Position numbers and translations under genes: made by a program. Positions 26,236-37,386 of a stretch of 64,000 nucleotides of DNA are shown piece after piece. Source of the stretch: an uncultured Ruminococcus sp. (GTDB lineage: Bacteria > Bacillota > Clostridia > UBA1212); NCBI GenBank assembly GCA_902792515.1, contig CADAZX010000012.1, forward strand, positions 6,165 to 70,164. The letters are read 5' to 3'. Position 1 is the stretch's first letter. Every line of letters begins with the position of its first letter. Below the pieces are notes generated by a model. That model searched no databases, was not told where the DNA came from, and saw only the letters and a program-made list of their open reading frames with translations.

Positions 26236-26420
26236 CAGTTTTTTATATAATGCGCGCAAAAATATAAAGAAAATCGCGCCGGGCACGCGCGTGGGGGCAT
26301 CCTTCGGCGGGAAGCTGCCGCGCGGGAAGCCTTTCTCCCCCCTCCCAGGTTGGGGTTGGCACAAAAAAGCCGGCCTCGTTTGGGACCGGCAGTTTTGCGG
26401 TTAAAATTCTGTTAAGGGAG

Positions 26421-26462
26421 CGTCCCGCCCTCCCCTTTGATTCTAGAGGGAGGGCGGGCGCG
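26421..26462 (-). terminator. putative terminator 3' of the DHHW gene
   Basis: An 11-14 bp GC stem cccgccctccc / gggagggcgggc with a 13-nt loop; the downstream T-run is weak. Confidence 0.4.
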
Positions 26463-26487
26463 TCTCAAACGCAATCACCCATAAGCG

Positions 26488-28344
26488 TCAATGGGCTCTC
26501 AGATACTGCGTGCACATCCACGCGGTGTTTTCGTTTGCGGAGTCGTACCTCTCGACGGCCATCACGAGCAGCAGGTCGCCCTCGCCCAGTTCGCGGAGCG
26601 CCTCGTGAACGATCCTTCTGCCGCTGGGAGTGACGTTTCCGGCCTCGTCCATCTGGTAGTTGGACGTCGTGTCGAAGTCGCCTCTGTGGGTGACGTATAC
26701 CTTGGAGTAGTCCTTCGCGATGTAGCCGCAGATGGCGTGTCTGAACGAGTCGCCTATAATAAGGGCGGTATGCTTGTTGGGCGAGTCGGACTCGAGTATT
26801 CTGAGCTCGCCTGTGACCTGTTCGTTGCCGCCGGTGACGTTGTTCGAGAACGCCCAGGTCTGCCTTACGGTGATCTCGGGCTTGTAGTTGACCGTGTAGC
26901 CTGTGTAGTGGGTCGCGGGACCGACGCCGAGCGAAACGAGGTCGCCGCCGGCGTAGTCGCCTTCAATGACTTCCACTTTCTGAAGTCCCGTCGTGGGCTT
27001 TCCGAGCGCCTGGTACACCTGCATCGCGCCGATGAATCCGCCGACCGAATTCCAGTGGGTGTCCTGTTGGAGATACGTCTCGTAAAGGATTTTCGCGGTC
27101 TTCTCCTGCTGGAGCGGGTAGACGTACTTGACGTTGCTGTTTTCTCTCATATACGCGGCCATGAGAGATGCGCGCTTCTGGTCGTCGCTCTTGCTGAGGT
27201 CGATTCCTGAAGGCAGGTACTCCTGATAGACCTGTTCCTTGTTCGGGCAGACGAGAATGACGAGGCTGATGCCTTTTTTGTCGCACTCCGCCTGAAGCTC
27301 CTCGAACGTGTCCTTCCAGGCGCGCATTTCACCGGTCGTCAGTACGTTTGTGCCCTGTACGTAGCCGAGGCTGTCGTCGCCGTTGTAGAAATACCAGTCG
27401 TGGATGCCGAGGAAGCCGGCACCGCTGTATACGATGGGCGTTCTGGAGTTGTAGAACCCGGGAACGGACGTTCTGTACACGATGTCGGTTACCTTGACGT
27501 CGCCGCACTTGGTGCACGTGCTGAGCTTGTAACCGTCGTGCGCGTATGAAGCGGTCTGCGATTTCGTCGTTACGTAATTATGGCCCAATGCCGGCGAGGT
27601 GGACGTCTCTATATGACCGCATACGAGGCATTTTCTTGTTTCAATGCCCTGAACGGTGCACGTCGCCTTCTGAACTACCTCGGGAGCGCCGTAAACGTGC
27701 GTGTGAGGCGTCGGTTCGGGCGTTGGCGTGGGCGTGGGAGTAGGAGTCGGGGTCGGAGTGGGCGGCGCTGTCGGCTCCTGGGTGTCGCCTGCCGGATCTT
27801 CCGTTTCCGTCGCTGAAGGCTCCGGTGTGTCTGTTGGCGCCTCGGTCGGCGTAGGAGTCGGCTCGGGCGTGGGAGTCGGGGTCTCGGTCGGCGCCTGGGT
27901 GGGAGTCGCGGTGTCAGCCGGAGCTTCCGTCTCGTCGCCGAAAAGTCCGCTGAAGTCGGGAGTCGGCGTGGGTTCCTGAGTCGGAGCGCCGTCGTCCGGT
28001 TCCGGCGTCGGAGTGGCGCTTGCCTGCTGTCTCTCGGCCATTTTCTCCATGACCGGCCTCATTATTTTGTCCGTGTAGAATTTCCTCAGTGAGGACGTCA
28101 TTCCGTTGACGGTGTTGACTATCGAGGAACGCATCGGCGAGTGGTCGTTCACGAAAGCGTTGACCTTCCCGAACCAGTCGTTCGAGTACTCCTTCGGGAA
28201 CTCCGCAAGCTGTCTGATCTCGCCTGTCGAAGCCTCCTGCGCCTTTTTGTCCGCGCCGGTAGCCGCCAGGATCCACGGAACCGCGATGAGAGCAGCGAAA
28301 AGACATATAACAACTATAGGGAAAACACGTTTTTTGCCATCCAT
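26488..28344 (-). CDS. DHHW-family (AlgJ/AlgX-like SGNH) protein, partner of the MBOAT acyltransferase
   Basis: N-terminal TM helix, a long Pro/Thr-rich linker, then a C-terminal domain with QQDTHWN (DHHW-like) and GDSF motifs. Confidence 0.7.
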   Translation of the reverse strand: MDGKKRVFPIVVICLFAALIAVPWILAATGADKKAQEASTGEIRQLAEFPKEYSNDWFGKVNAFVNDHSPMRSSIVNTVNGMTSSLRKFYTDKIMRPVMEKMAERQQASATPTPEPDDGAPTQEPTPTPDFSGLFGDETEAPADTATPTQAPTETPTPTPEPTPTPTEAPTDTPEPSATETEDPAGDTQEPTAPPTPTPTPTPTPTPTPEPTPHTHVYGAPEVVQKATCTVQGIETRKCLVCGHIETSTSPALGHNYVTTKSQTASYAHDGYKLSTCTKCGDVKVTDIVYRTSVPGFYNSRTPIVYSGAGFLGIHDWYFYNGDDSLGYVQGTNVLTTGEMRAWKDTFEELQAECDKKGISLVILVCPNKEQVYQEYLPSGIDLSKSDDQKRASLMAAYMRENSNVKYVYPLQQEKTAKILYETYLQQDTHWNSVGGFIGAMQVYQALGKPTTGLQKVEVIEGDYAGGDLVSLGVGPATHYTGYTVNYKPEITVRQTWAFSNNVTGGNEQVTGELRILESDSPNKHTALIIGDSFRHAICGYIAKDYSKVYVTHRGDFDTTSNYQMDEAGNVTPSGRRIVHEALRELGEGDLLLVMAVERYDSANENTAWMCTQYLRAH

Positions 28345-28361
28345 TTCTTTTCCCTCCTCCG

Positions 28362-29858
28362 TCAGAAATTCTGGTAGATCGACGGCGCGTACGAACCGCC
28401 GACGATCCTTATGATGCAGAACGCGAGTATCGCGAGCTGGATGATCACGTCGATGACCCTAACGGGTATCTTTTCTTTAATCTTGGCGTAGACGCCTCCG
28501 AGCGGTCTCTGAAGCGCGCCGCTGAAAAGGATTCCGCAGACGAGCGCGACGATGACCTCGACGCTGAGGTACGTGAACACCGAGTAGTACGGCGAGCCCT
28601 TGAACGAGAACATCTGTCCGATGAATCTTCCCGCGAAGTCGAGATTGTCCGACCTGAAGAAGACCCAGCCGATCATGACGACAAGTATCGTGTAGAGCCA
28701 GTTGACAGGCTTCACCGGGTTCTTTTTGAGCAGGTCGCCGAGGAAAAGCCTCTCCATAATGCTGAACACGACGAAAATGAGTCCCCAGACGATGAACGTC
28801 AGGTTCGCGCCGTGCCAGATTCCCGTAACCAGGAAAACAACCGCGACGTTGAAGCACGCTCTCGCCTTGCTGCAGCGGCTGCCGCCCATTGGAATATAAA
28901 TGTAATCCTTGAACCAGTTCGACAGCGAGATGTGCCATCTGCGCCAGAACTCCTGCACCGAAAACGACGTGTACGGGTAGTTGAAGTTCTCGTCGATCTT
29001 GAAGCCCAGCATGCCGCCGACGCCTATCGCCATGTCGGTGTAGCCGGAGAAGTCGTAGTAGATCTGGATCGTGTAGAGAATGATTCCCAGCCACGCGATC
29101 GGGGCGCCCATTTTGTCGACGTCCATAAAGGTCTTCTGCGAATTGAAAATCTTGTCGACCGTCTCCGCGACAATGTTCGCAATCAGCACCTTTTTGCCGA
29201 GTCCGTAGCAGAAACGCTTGAGCCCCGCGAGGAAGCCCTCGAGCGAGTGTTCGCGCTTTTCGATCTGCTTTCCGAGGTTGCCGTAGCGCATGATCGGGCC
29301 CTGCGTGAGCTGGCAGAGCAGCGTCATGTAGAGCGCGAACGTCAGGATGTTCTTCGACGGTTCGGTCTTTTGCGTGTAGACGTCCGCGATGTAGGAGATC
29401 GACTGGAAAATGATGAACGATATCGCGAGAGGCATGATGATCTTCATCGCGCCGCTGCCGTCGAATTTGAGCAGACCCGCGAGAGCCGCGCCGACGCTGC
29501 CCTTCTCCGAGAACATTTTGATCATGTTCACGAACATCGCGGTGTACTTGAAGTAGACGAGCACGCCAACGTTGAGAAGGAGCGCGACAACGAACGCCGC
29601 CGTCCTGCCCTTCTTGTGCTTTTCCCTGTCGATCGCGCCGATAATGATGCCGGCGAAAAAGTTGAGCGCTATGAGCGCCACGAAAAGGAGCAGCTCGTTA
29701 ATGCCGCCGAACGCGTAAAAAACGAGGCTCGCCAGCAGAAGGAAGATGTTCCTCGCCGTGACGGACGCCTTTTCGTTTTTGATCAGCCCCAGCAGGTAGT
29801 AGACGATGAGTACCGCCGGGAGGAAGATCTCGATAAATATAACCGATGCAAATTCCAT
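28362..29858 (-). CDS. MBOAT-family membrane-bound O-acyltransferase (AlgI/DltB-like)
   Basis: 498 aa polytopic protein with a conserved His-containing loop (..WHISLSNWF..). Confidence 0.8.
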   Translation of the reverse strand: MEFASVIFIEIFLPAVLIVYYLLGLIKNEKASVTARNIFLLLASLVFYAFGGINELLLFVALIALNFFAGIIIGAIDREKHKKGRTAAFVVALLLNVGVLVYFKYTAMFVNMIKMFSEKGSVGAALAGLLKFDGSGAMKIIMPLAISFIIFQSISYIADVYTQKTEPSKNILTFALYMTLLCQLTQGPIMRYGNLGKQIEKREHSLEGFLAGLKRFCYGLGKKVLIANIVAETVDKIFNSQKTFMDVDKMGAPIAWLGIILYTIQIYYDFSGYTDMAIGVGGMLGFKIDENFNYPYTSFSVQEFWRRWHISLSNWFKDYIYIPMGGSRCSKARACFNVAVVFLVTGIWHGANLTFIVWGLIFVVFSIMERLFLGDLLKKNPVKPVNWLYTILVVMIGWVFFRSDNLDFAGRFIGQMFSFKGSPYYSVFTYLSVEVIVALVCGILFSGALQRPLGGVYAKIKEKIPVRVIDVIIQLAILAFCIIRIVGGSYAPSIYQNF

Positions 29859-29894
29859 AAAACAGCCTTTCTAAAAGGGTTTTGTTGCAGATAT

Positions 29895-29921
29895 ATTATA
29901 CTATTAGCCCGCGGGTGTCAA
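29895..29921 (-). promoter_or_regulatory. putative promoter of the MBOAT-DHHW operon
   Basis: Minus strand reads TTGACA (29921..29916), 15-nt spacer, TATAAT (29900..29895). The spacer is short, so confidence is modest. Confidence 0.3.
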
Positions 29922-29985
29922 CCGGAATCGGCCCCGCGGGCGAAAGCGGCCTTTAAACCGCCACTATTTTGGTGCATATTTGCTG

Positions 29986-31101
29986 TCAGCTCTCCGCGGT
30001 TCCGCCGTCCGGTTCTTCGCCGGTTCCTTCGGGCTTTGCCGGCGGCCGAGCGAGCATCTCCCCGATCTCCTCCGTCGAGAAAAAGTACTTTTTGTTGCAG
30101 AAATTGCAGCAGAGCTCGGCGCCGTGTCCGTCCTCGTAGATCTCGGTGAGTTCCTTTCTGCCGACAGCGGCCAGCGCCGCCTGCATCCTGCCGCGGCTGC
30201 ATCCGCAAACGTAGCCGAACCAGTGCGAAGACTGTATTTCCGGAGAATAGCCCTTGAAAATGTCTTTTACGATATCGGTCGCGGTCGCTCCGGCGGCGAG
30301 AAGCGTTGTCACCGAAGGCATGCCGCCTATGCGCTTTTCGAGGTCGTCGATAAGGCTGTCCGGCGCTCCCGGCATAAGCTGGATAATGAAGCCGCCCGCT
30401 TTTTCGACTCTGAACGGCTCTTTTCCGTCCGGGTCGGGACCGATCCTGACGCCGAGCGCGACGCTCGAAGGCACCTGCTCCGAAGCCGCGAAATAATACG
30501 TAAGGTCCTCTGCGATCTCGCCGCTTACAAGCGCGCTGGTGCCTATATAAGGCTCTTTGAGCGAGAGGTCCTTGATGATCTGCAGGAAGCCCTTTCCGAC
30601 TCCCGCCGCCACGTCGATCTTGCCGTCCGACACCCTGAGCGGGAGCTCGGCCTTCGGGTTGGCAACGTATCCGCGCACTCTTGCCTTGACGTCCGAGATC
30701 GTCACGATCTTGCCGAGCGGGCCCTTTCCGTTGATCTGGATCGAGACAGAGTCGGTCTCGTTTTTGAGCTGCGAAGAGAGGAGCGCCGCCGCCGTCAAAG
30801 CCCTTCCGAGGGCGGCGGTCGCGAGCGCCGACGTGCCGTGAATGATCCTCGCCTTTTCGCACGTCGCGGTCGACTCCGCGGCGGTGAACCTGACGAACCC
30901 GTCCGCCGCGATACCCGTCACCAGGACGTCGTCCGCGAGCAGCGGATTGCCACGTTTCAGGGCGCCCGCGTCAAGGTCGCCGAACACCTTTCCGCCTATG
31001 ATAAGCGTGCTTCCGCCGGTCTTGCCGGCCTCTTCTGCGCCTGTTGCGGCGCCGCCGCTGACATCATCTAAATTTTCCCTATTTTCAGTAAAATTTTCCA
31101 T
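29986..31101 (-). CDS. hslO: Hsp33 redox-regulated chaperone (start codon uncertain)
   Basis: Core aligns to Hsp33 from ..DVLVTGIAADGFVRF onward. C-terminal zinc centre CGCSRGR ... CCNFCNKKY. The first ~60 aa of the ORF are low-complexity. Confidence 0.75.
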   Translation of the reverse strand: MENFTENRENLDDVSGGAATGAEEAGKTGGSTLIIGGKVFGDLDAGALKRGNPLLADDVLVTGIAADGFVRFTAAESTATCEKARIIHGTSALATAALGRALTAAALLSSQLKNETDSVSIQINGKGPLGKIVTISDVKARVRGYVANPKAELPLRVSDGKIDVAAGVGKGFLQIIKDLSLKEPYIGTSALVSGEIAEDLTYYFAASEQVPSSVALGVRIGPDPDGKEPFRVEKAGGFIIQLMPGAPDSLIDDLEKRIGGMPSVTTLLAAGATATDIVKDIFKGYSPEIQSSHWFGYVCGCSRGRMQAALAAVGRKELTEIYEDGHGAELCCNFCNKKYFFSTEEIGEMLARPPAKPEGTGEEPDGGTAES

Positions 31102-31143
31102 CTTTCAAAATCCTTTTCCGCGTCACGCGTCACGATTCGCGCT

Positions 31144-33144
31144 TCACGCTTCGCGCGTTTTATAAAAGTACAGAACCGCCGACCTCTTCGGAATTTCCAC
31201 CGTGAGTCCGTCTTGCGCGAGCTGCCTGCCCGCGATTTCGAAGCACTCCCCCGTGAGGCCGTTTTCGAACCGGTAAACAAGGTCCTCGCAGACCTCCATT
31301 TTCGCCGTGAAAACGTCCGGCTCGGCCTTCGTGTTCCTGACAATTTGCACGAAGCCCTCGCCTTTTCCGGGCACGTCGAACTGCATCGCGTAGTAGTCGC
31401 CGTTCGACATGCGGCACACGGTCAGCGGGTAGTAGTCTCCCTCAATCATATACGGAGCCGCGCGCCTCCAGAGCGCCGTCATGCGGTTGCCCATTTCAAA
31501 CATCTCTTTGCTGTCGTAGTACTCGACCATCGAGGTCAGCGCCGGCGCCATCGCGCACTGGTAGCCGAACTCGTCGACGGGTCTCGACGCTCCCGGCGTG
31601 TAGTCGCCGTTTTCATCGTCCCAGTTGTAGTTGTGCGCGCGGAAATAAGGAATCCACTCGAACATCTCGCGGTGCTGCTTCTGCTTTATCGGGTGAACGC
31701 CGTAGCCGACGTCCGTGTAGTGAAGCGTAACGGCGCGCTTCATCGTCTCGATGTCGTTGCGACGGCCGCCCGATGAGCACGAGTCGATAATGAGCCCCGG
31801 GTTGCGCTCAAGAAGCGTGTCCCAGAAGCGGTAGTAGCCCTGGATGTGGGCGTTTTCGACGGCGCCTTCCCTGTTTTCGGTCTCCGCCGCCTTCCACGCC
31901 GACGCCGGAGCGAAGTTGAAGTCCTGCCTGTATATGTCCACCTTATATTCTTTAATTTTCGAGTCGACCGTCTCGATCACCCAGTCGAGGCAGTCGCGGT
32001 CGCCCAGATTGAGCAGCATGTAGTTCGGATGGTTGAGCCTCTCATCCTCCCTTTCCTCCAGGATCCACTCCGGGTGGTTTACGTGGAGCCACGTGCCTCT
32101 GTGGACCCGCTCGGGCTCGAACCAGAGCAGCAGCTTGATACCGTTTTCACGGCATTTTTCGCCTACGGGACCGAGTCCGTTCGGCCAGTTGTCGGGGTTG
32201 TGCCGCCAGTCGCCCGTTACGGTCCAGTCGTCGCCGCAGGGGTACCAGCCCGCGTCGATCCACCAGACGTCAGGTTTCATTCCTTTTTCTATATAGGTAT
32301 CTATCGCGTTCTTCTGGTTTTCCTCGGTGCAGCCGCAAAATTCCAACTTGCCGTCGATCATCCACGTGTGCAGGCAGAGCATCGGGCCGATCGGTTTGCC
32401 GCCGTCGGACGGAATCACCTCAGCGAAGTACCATCTCCGCCACATGTTCCTCGCCCTGTCCGCGGACCCCTCGCACGCCATCACCGTAAGGCTCGGAGTT
32501 CTTATCGTCTCGCCCGGTTTCAGATACGTGCGCAGCCTCTTCTGGCCGGCCGAAAGTCTGACGCCTTCCTCACCCGTCTCGAAAACCGCCTTCCAGTCGC
32601 CGCTCCAGCCGACGGCGCAGTTGGCGCACCAGTCGTCGAAAATCACCCTGAAATAGGGAAAAGCTCCAAAGCACGGAATGCCCCGCTCTGACGCGATTTC
32701 AAACCTTCCCGGTTTAAGTTCTGTCTCCCAAAGCTCGTACCCGGAAGGGTCGCACGTGTCGCCGTTGCCGTGGTAGAGCACCGGGTTTTTCCCCTTGAGC
32801 GTCTTCCCGCCCACAAAAAGATCGGAAATGACCGGAGAGTCGCTCTCCCCGGCATTGGTAATGAAAAATACCCACTCGGCAACAGGAAAACCGTCGTAGC
32901 GCGTGTACTCCGCCCTTATGTCGATTCCCTCCGCGTTTCTGCCGGTAATTACAGTGACGTCCTTTTTCTTTTCAAAGTCGCGCCTTTTCTCCGTGACAGC
33001 CGGCGAAAACTCTCCGGGAATACCTTCGATCAGCCTGCCGCCCGACCTGAAAGAGAGCGGAATATCCTCAAAATTGCCGCCGTCAAAAGCAAAAACGCCG
33101 TTCAGACGGTCAAAATTCCTCTCTGCCGGTGTGTTTTTCTCCAT
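31144..33144 (-). CDS. glycoside hydrolase family 36-like alpha-galactosidase
   Basis: 666 aa with clan GH-D features (WWIDAGW; IDSCSSGGRRND). RBS GGAGGT. Confidence 0.7.
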   Translation of the reverse strand: MEKNTPAERNFDRLNGVFAFDGGNFEDIPLSFRSGGRLIEGIPGEFSPAVTEKRRDFEKKKDVTVITGRNAEGIDIRAEYTRYDGFPVAEWVFFITNAGESDSPVISDLFVGGKTLKGKNPVLYHGNGDTCDPSGYELWETELKPGRFEIASERGIPCFGAFPYFRVIFDDWCANCAVGWSGDWKAVFETGEEGVRLSAGQKRLRTYLKPGETIRTPSLTVMACEGSADRARNMWRRWYFAEVIPSDGGKPIGPMLCLHTWMIDGKLEFCGCTEENQKNAIDTYIEKGMKPDVWWIDAGWYPCGDDWTVTGDWRHNPDNWPNGLGPVGEKCRENGIKLLLWFEPERVHRGTWLHVNHPEWILEEREDERLNHPNYMLLNLGDRDCLDWVIETVDSKIKEYKVDIYRQDFNFAPASAWKAAETENREGAVENAHIQGYYRFWDTLLERNPGLIIDSCSSGGRRNDIETMKRAVTLHYTDVGYGVHPIKQKQHREMFEWIPYFRAHNYNWDDENGDYTPGASRPVDEFGYQCAMAPALTSMVEYYDSKEMFEMGNRMTALWRRAAPYMIEGDYYPLTVCRMSNGDYYAMQFDVPGKGEGFVQIVRNTKAEPDVFTAKMEVCEDLVYRFENGLTGECFEIAGRQLAQDGLTVEIPKRSAVLYFYKTREA

Positions 33145-33402
33145 GGTTACCTCCGTAAGGTTTTATTGAGCCGTTCTCCGCCCTCGCGGCTTCTTCAATG
33201 CGAAGAACCGGTCGTAAGCGAGCCGCGGCCCGTATAATATCGCGGGTTTTTAGTCCGGTTGCACCATTATACCACCGCCGCCCGCGTTTTTCAACAAATC
33301 AAGGGGGCGGTTTCTTCACTGCGCTTTCTTCACCCGGCTTCCCCTCCTGTCGCGGGGCGTATATCGGAATTTCCGGGAAGTTCAAACGTTTCCGGGCTTT
33401 TT

Positions 33403-33432
33403 TTGGCTTTTTTTTAGATTTACGTGTATAAT
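33403..33432 (+). promoter_or_regulatory. putative promoter of the two-component operon
   Basis: TTGGCT (33403-33408), 18-nt spacer, TATAAT (33427-33432). Confidence 0.35.
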
Positions 33433-33515
33433 TATCGTGCCCGGAGGCGGAAAGAGCGTTTTTCAGACCGCACAGAACGGACATCCACTTAAATCAAACC
33501 CGGAGGAAACGGAAA

Positions 33516-34193
33516 ATGCAGATACTTTTAGTCGAAGACGAAGTGAGGCTCGCGAAGGCTCTCAAGCAGATTCTCGAGGAAAAAAATTACATGGTCGACA
33601 TGGTCCACAACGGCGAGGACGGTGTCTTGTACGGAATGAGCGGCGTTTACGACGTGATCATTCTGGACCTCATGCTCCCCAAGCTGAACGGTATTGACGT
33701 CGCGAAAAAGCTGCGCGCGGACGGAATAGAGACGCCGATCATAATGCTCACCGCAAGGGACAGCATCCGTGACAAGATCGCGGGGCTCGACAGCGGAGCC
33801 GACGACTACATGACAAAGCCGTTTTCGCCGAACGAGCTTCTCGCGAGGATCCGCGCGGTCACCAGACGCCACTCCGAGGTGCTCGCCGACGTCATCAACT
33901 TCGGTGACATCTCGTTCAACCTCTCGACGAACGAGGTCGCCTGCGGCGAAAAGTCGATCCGCCTCAACTTTAAAGAGGCCGAGATTCTGAAGCTTCTGTT
34001 TCTCCGGAAAAACGTTCCCGTATCAAAAGACGAGATCATCACCAAGGTTTGGGGCTACGACTCGGACGCCGGCGACTCAAACGTCGAGGCGTACATCAGC
34101 TTCATCCGCAAAAAGCTCGCCTTCATAAATTCAAAAGTTACGATCGTCGCTCTTAAAAAGGTCGGCTACAAGCTGGAGGAGAAAAAATGCTGA
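33516..34193 (+). CDS. OmpR-family response regulator
   Basis: Receiver domain (MQILLVEDE..D..LDLMLP) plus a winged-helix output domain. Confidence 0.85.
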   Translation: MQILLVEDEVRLAKALKQILEEKNYMVDMVHNGEDGVLYGMSGVYDVIILDLMLPKLNGIDVAKKLRADGIETPIIMLTARDSIRDKIAGLDSGADDYMTKPFSPNELLARIRAVTRRHSEVLADVINFGDISFNLSTNEVACGEKSIRLNFKEAEILKLLFLRKNVPVSKDEIITKVWGYDSDAGDSNVEAYISFIRKKLAFINSKVTIVALKKVGYKLEEKKC

Positions 34194-35596
34194 AAAAACT
34201 CAGGAACCGCATAGTTCTCACGAACGTTCTTACTGTCGGGGTGCTCGTTCTCGCCGTAGCGGTCGTAGTATGCGTGCTTGCCGTGAGGAGCGAGTTGAAA
34301 AAGGTCAACAGCCGCCTCGAGAAGGCGATCCAGATCATGGACAGCCGTTCGCTCTCGCCCTGGGAGCTCGGCGGCGAGTTCGGTCTTCCGGACTCCGGCA
34401 GCGGCATCGGTAACGGCTCCGGCGACGGCATCCTGCCCGATATGCCCGAACCGCCAGGCTCGTCAGGAAGCTCCGGAAGTTCAGAAAGCTCAGGAAATTA
34501 CGGAAGTTCCGGAAACTCCGGAAACGGTTCCTCCGGCGCACCCTCGTCGGGACGCGACGACATAATGAGGCGCGGTCAGTACATTCCCGGCACGGCGGTC
34601 GCCGTCATTCTCGACGAAAACAACGAGATCATCGCGAGCGGCGAGTTTTCCGCCACAATGTCGGAAGACGCCCTCTCCTACTGCGTCGAAAAGGTCCTGA
34701 ACTCCTCAAAGGACACGGGTCTCATTTCAGAGGCGGGAGTGTTCTACATGCGAAAAATTCTCAAATCAGGCACCTGCGTGGCGTTTACCGACAAGACCGA
34801 CTTTGACACCACGCTCAAAAACGCAATTATCCTGGCCGCGGTAATCGTTCTTCTCATAATGCTTCTCGTTTTCGGCGTCAGCATAATGCTCGCGTCGCTC
34901 GCGGTCCGGCCCGTAAAAGAAGCCTGGGACTCCCAGAAGCAGTTTATCGCGGACGCATCGCACGAGCTTAAAACCCCGCTCACGGTCATTCTGGCGAACA
35001 CGAACATTCTGGAGTCGCAGACCGAGGACGCCGGCAGGCTGCAGTGGATCGAGAGCACTCGCGAAGAGGCAGACCGCATGCAGCGCCTAATAGAAGAGAT
35101 GCTCTTCCTCGCGAAGTCCGACGCCGGTGCGTTCAATGTGGTAAAAGGCGACGTAAACCTTTCGGAGCTGTGCGAGCAGAGCTGCCTGTGCTTCGAACCG
35201 GTCGCTTTCGAGCGCGGCGTCAGCATTGAAACGTCCGTGGAACCGGGCATAACCGCCGTAACCGACGGCAAGATGGTCGAGCGCGTGCTTGGCGTTCTGC
35301 TCGACAACGCGGTGAAGCACGCAAAAAAAGGCTCTCAGGTCACTCTCTCGCTCGGAAAGACCGCCCAGAACACCGAGATATTCGTCCACAACTACGGCGA
35401 CACAATCGCGCCCGAAGACCTCCCGCACATTTTCGACCGGTTCTTCAAAGCCGACAAATCGCGCACACAGGATTCCGCCGAAAACGGTTTCGGACTCGGA
35501 CTGGCGATCGCCCACGACATCGCCGAAAAGCTCGGAGGCACACTCTCGGCGGCGTCTTCCGAACAGTACGGAACGACCTTCAGATTCACGCTTTAA
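34187..35596 (+). CDS. sensor histidine kinase
   Basis: Two TM helices flank an extracellular domain with a Ser/Gly-rich stretch; H-box HELKTPLT; ATPase N, G1 and G2 boxes. Confidence 0.85.
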   Translation: MLKKLRNRIVLTNVLTVGVLVLAVAVVVCVLAVRSELKKVNSRLEKAIQIMDSRSLSPWELGGEFGLPDSGSGIGNGSGDGILPDMPEPPGSSGSSGSSESSGNYGSSGNSGNGSSGAPSSGRDDIMRRGQYIPGTAVAVILDENNEIIASGEFSATMSEDALSYCVEKVLNSSKDTGLISEAGVFYMRKILKSGTCVAFTDKTDFDTTLKNAIILAAVIVLLIMLLVFGVSIMLASLAVRPVKEAWDSQKQFIADASHELKTPLTVILANTNILESQTEDAGRLQWIESTREEADRMQRLIEEMLFLAKSDAGAFNVVKGDVNLSELCEQSCLCFEPVAFERGVSIETSVEPGITAVTDGKMVERVLGVLLDNAVKHAKKGSQVTLSLGKTAQNTEIFVHNYGDTIAPEDLPHIFDRFFKADKSRTQDSAENGFGLGLAIAHDIAEKLGGTLSAASSEQYGTTFRFTL

Positions 35597-35607
35597 GCGC
35601 CATGAAC

Positions 35608-35648
35608 GCCGGAACGCCGCCGAAAAATCGCGTTCCGGCGGCTTTTTT
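35608..35648 (+). terminator. intrinsic terminator
   Basis: gccggaacgc-loop-gcgttccggc followed by TTTTTT. Confidence 0.6.
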
Positions 35649-35875
35649 GCTGGATTTTCTTTAAAACTATTGAAATGTGCGCCCGCGCGTGGTATCATAA
35701 ATCTGTATTTGGTGAAAAATCGCCTTTCCGGTACGCGGGACGTTTTGTTCCATTTACGGAACGTCCGGCTCAAGACGTACGGTTCCTGATGACCGGCAGG
35801 ATCCCGGGCACACCCCAGGGCTCCACCGCGCGCGTACGGTTTTATAAAGGCTTAAGACAGTCGAAGGACGGTATT

Positions 35876-37258
35876 ATGAAGAAACTTTCACTTAAGAAGA
35901 ACATCGCAACGAGAATTGCCGCGGGCGCCCTCGCCTGCACGATGGTTTTCGGAGGACTGATTCTCTCGTCTTCCGGAGCCGACTACAAAGGGGACATCTC
36001 CGACACTAAAGAAGACCTGAACAACGCAAAGGACAAGCTCAGTGAGATCGAGAAGAAGATCAAGGACAGGCAGGACTATCTCCGCCGCCTCACGGCCGAC
36101 ATCAACGACCTCGAGACAGAGCGCATCAGTCAGATGAGCGAGCGCGACATCCAGATTGCGGAGCTGAAGGCCCTTAAGGAAGACATCGAGAATTTCGACG
36201 CCGAGCTCGAAAAAATGGAGCAGGAGCACGCCGAACTCGAGAACCTGCTTCTCGACCGTTCCCGCATCATGTACCAGTCCTCCACGGACTTCGAGCTGAT
36301 CCAGCTTTTCTTCAGGTCCAAAAACATTTTCGACTTCATCGAAAAGCTCGATATTCAGCGCAAAATGATCGCCGAGGACAAGGCTCTCATGGAGCAGCTG
36401 AAGGACAGCGAGCGCATGATCGAGGAGAAGCGCGAGCAGCAGAGAACGCTTTTCGCCAACAAGGAAGTGCTCCTCACGGAGCTTGAAGGCGCGATCGCCG
36501 ACCTCGAAAACAACCGCGACATCGTCGAAGGACAGTACTCCGCCCTCTCCGACCTGATCACAGCTCTTGAAGGTCAGGAAAAGGACTATCAGGCGCAGGT
36601 CTCGGAACTCACCGATAAGCTGAACGAACTCGAGAGGAAGCAGCGCGAAGCCGAAGAGGCGGCGCGCAGGGCCGAGGAAGAGCGCAAGCGCAAAGAAGAG
36701 GAGGCCAGGAGAGCCGCCGAAGCCGAGCGCAAACGCAAAGAGGAAGAGGCAAGAAGAGCAGCCGAGGCTGCCGAAGCCGCAAGGAAAGCCGCCGAAGAGG
36801 CGCAGCGCGCGAAAGAGGAAGCCGCCAGAGAGGCCGCCCAGAACCGCGACCCGCTCGACGCCGGATTCATCTGGCCCATCGAAAAGTATTACTGCTTCAC
36901 CGGCTATTTCGGCTACCGCACCCACCCGATCACAAAACAGTGGACGCTCCACAGCGGCGTCGACCTCGCAGCCTCCACCGGCACGAAGATCTACGCCACG
37001 CAGTCCGGAACGGTCAGCCTTGCCGACTGGAACGGCGCCTACGGTCTCTGCGTCATAATCGACCACGGCAACGGCCTCCAGTCTCTCTACGGTCACTGCA
37101 GCAAGCTGCTCGTCTCCAAGGGCCAGCACGTCACGCAGGGCCAGACGATAGCGCTCGTCGGCGCGACAGGCGGCGCAACCGGAAGCCACCTCCACTTCGA
37201 GGTGCGTCTCTACGGAACGCCGGTCGATCCTCTGCCCTATCTTAAGGGAAAATATTGA
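35876..37258 (+). CDS. M23-family peptidoglycan DD-metallopeptidase with a long coiled coil
   Basis: Start at MKKLSLKK (ATG 35876, RBS GAAGGA). Signal anchor; ~300 aa coiled coil with EEARRAAEAERKRKEE repeats; C-terminal M23 motifs (HSGVDLAA; HLHFEV). Confidence 0.8.
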   Translation: MKKLSLKKNIATRIAAGALACTMVFGGLILSSSGADYKGDISDTKEDLNNAKDKLSEIEKKIKDRQDYLRRLTADINDLETERISQMSERDIQIAELKALKEDIENFDAELEKMEQEHAELENLLLDRSRIMYQSSTDFELIQLFFRSKNIFDFIEKLDIQRKMIAEDKALMEQLKDSERMIEEKREQQRTLFANKEVLLTELEGAIADLENNRDIVEGQYSALSDLITALEGQEKDYQAQVSELTDKLNELERKQREAEEAARRAEEERKRKEEEARRAAEAERKRKEEEARRAAEAAEAARKAAEEAQRAKEEAAREAAQNRDPLDAGFIWPIEKYYCFTGYFGYRTHPITKQWTLHSGVDLAASTGTKIYATQSGTVSLADWNGAYGLCVIIDHGNGLQSLYGHCSKLLVSKGQHVTQGQTIALVGATGGATGSHLHFEVRLYGTPVDPLPYLKGKY

Positions 37259-37287
37259 GTTCCGGCTTAAACCCGGAGATTTGATGA

Positions 37288-37326
37288 AAAGAGCGGGCTC
37301 CGCGAAGGTGTCCGCTCTTTTGTTTT
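37288..37326 (+). terminator. intrinsic terminator
   Basis: agagcgg..ccgctct stem followed by TTTTGTTTT. Confidence 0.5.
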
Positions 37327-37386
37327 ACCGCTCTTTTGTTTTACCGCTGCAGTCGAAGATTATAGAGCCGCGGCCTTTTGCGCGTT

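Noticed and set aside
27700-27990. GC-rich DNA tandem repeat (ggcgtgggagtcgg...)
   Set aside because: It encodes the Pro/Thr-rich linker of the DHHW protein. It is coding low complexity, not a non-coding VNTR.
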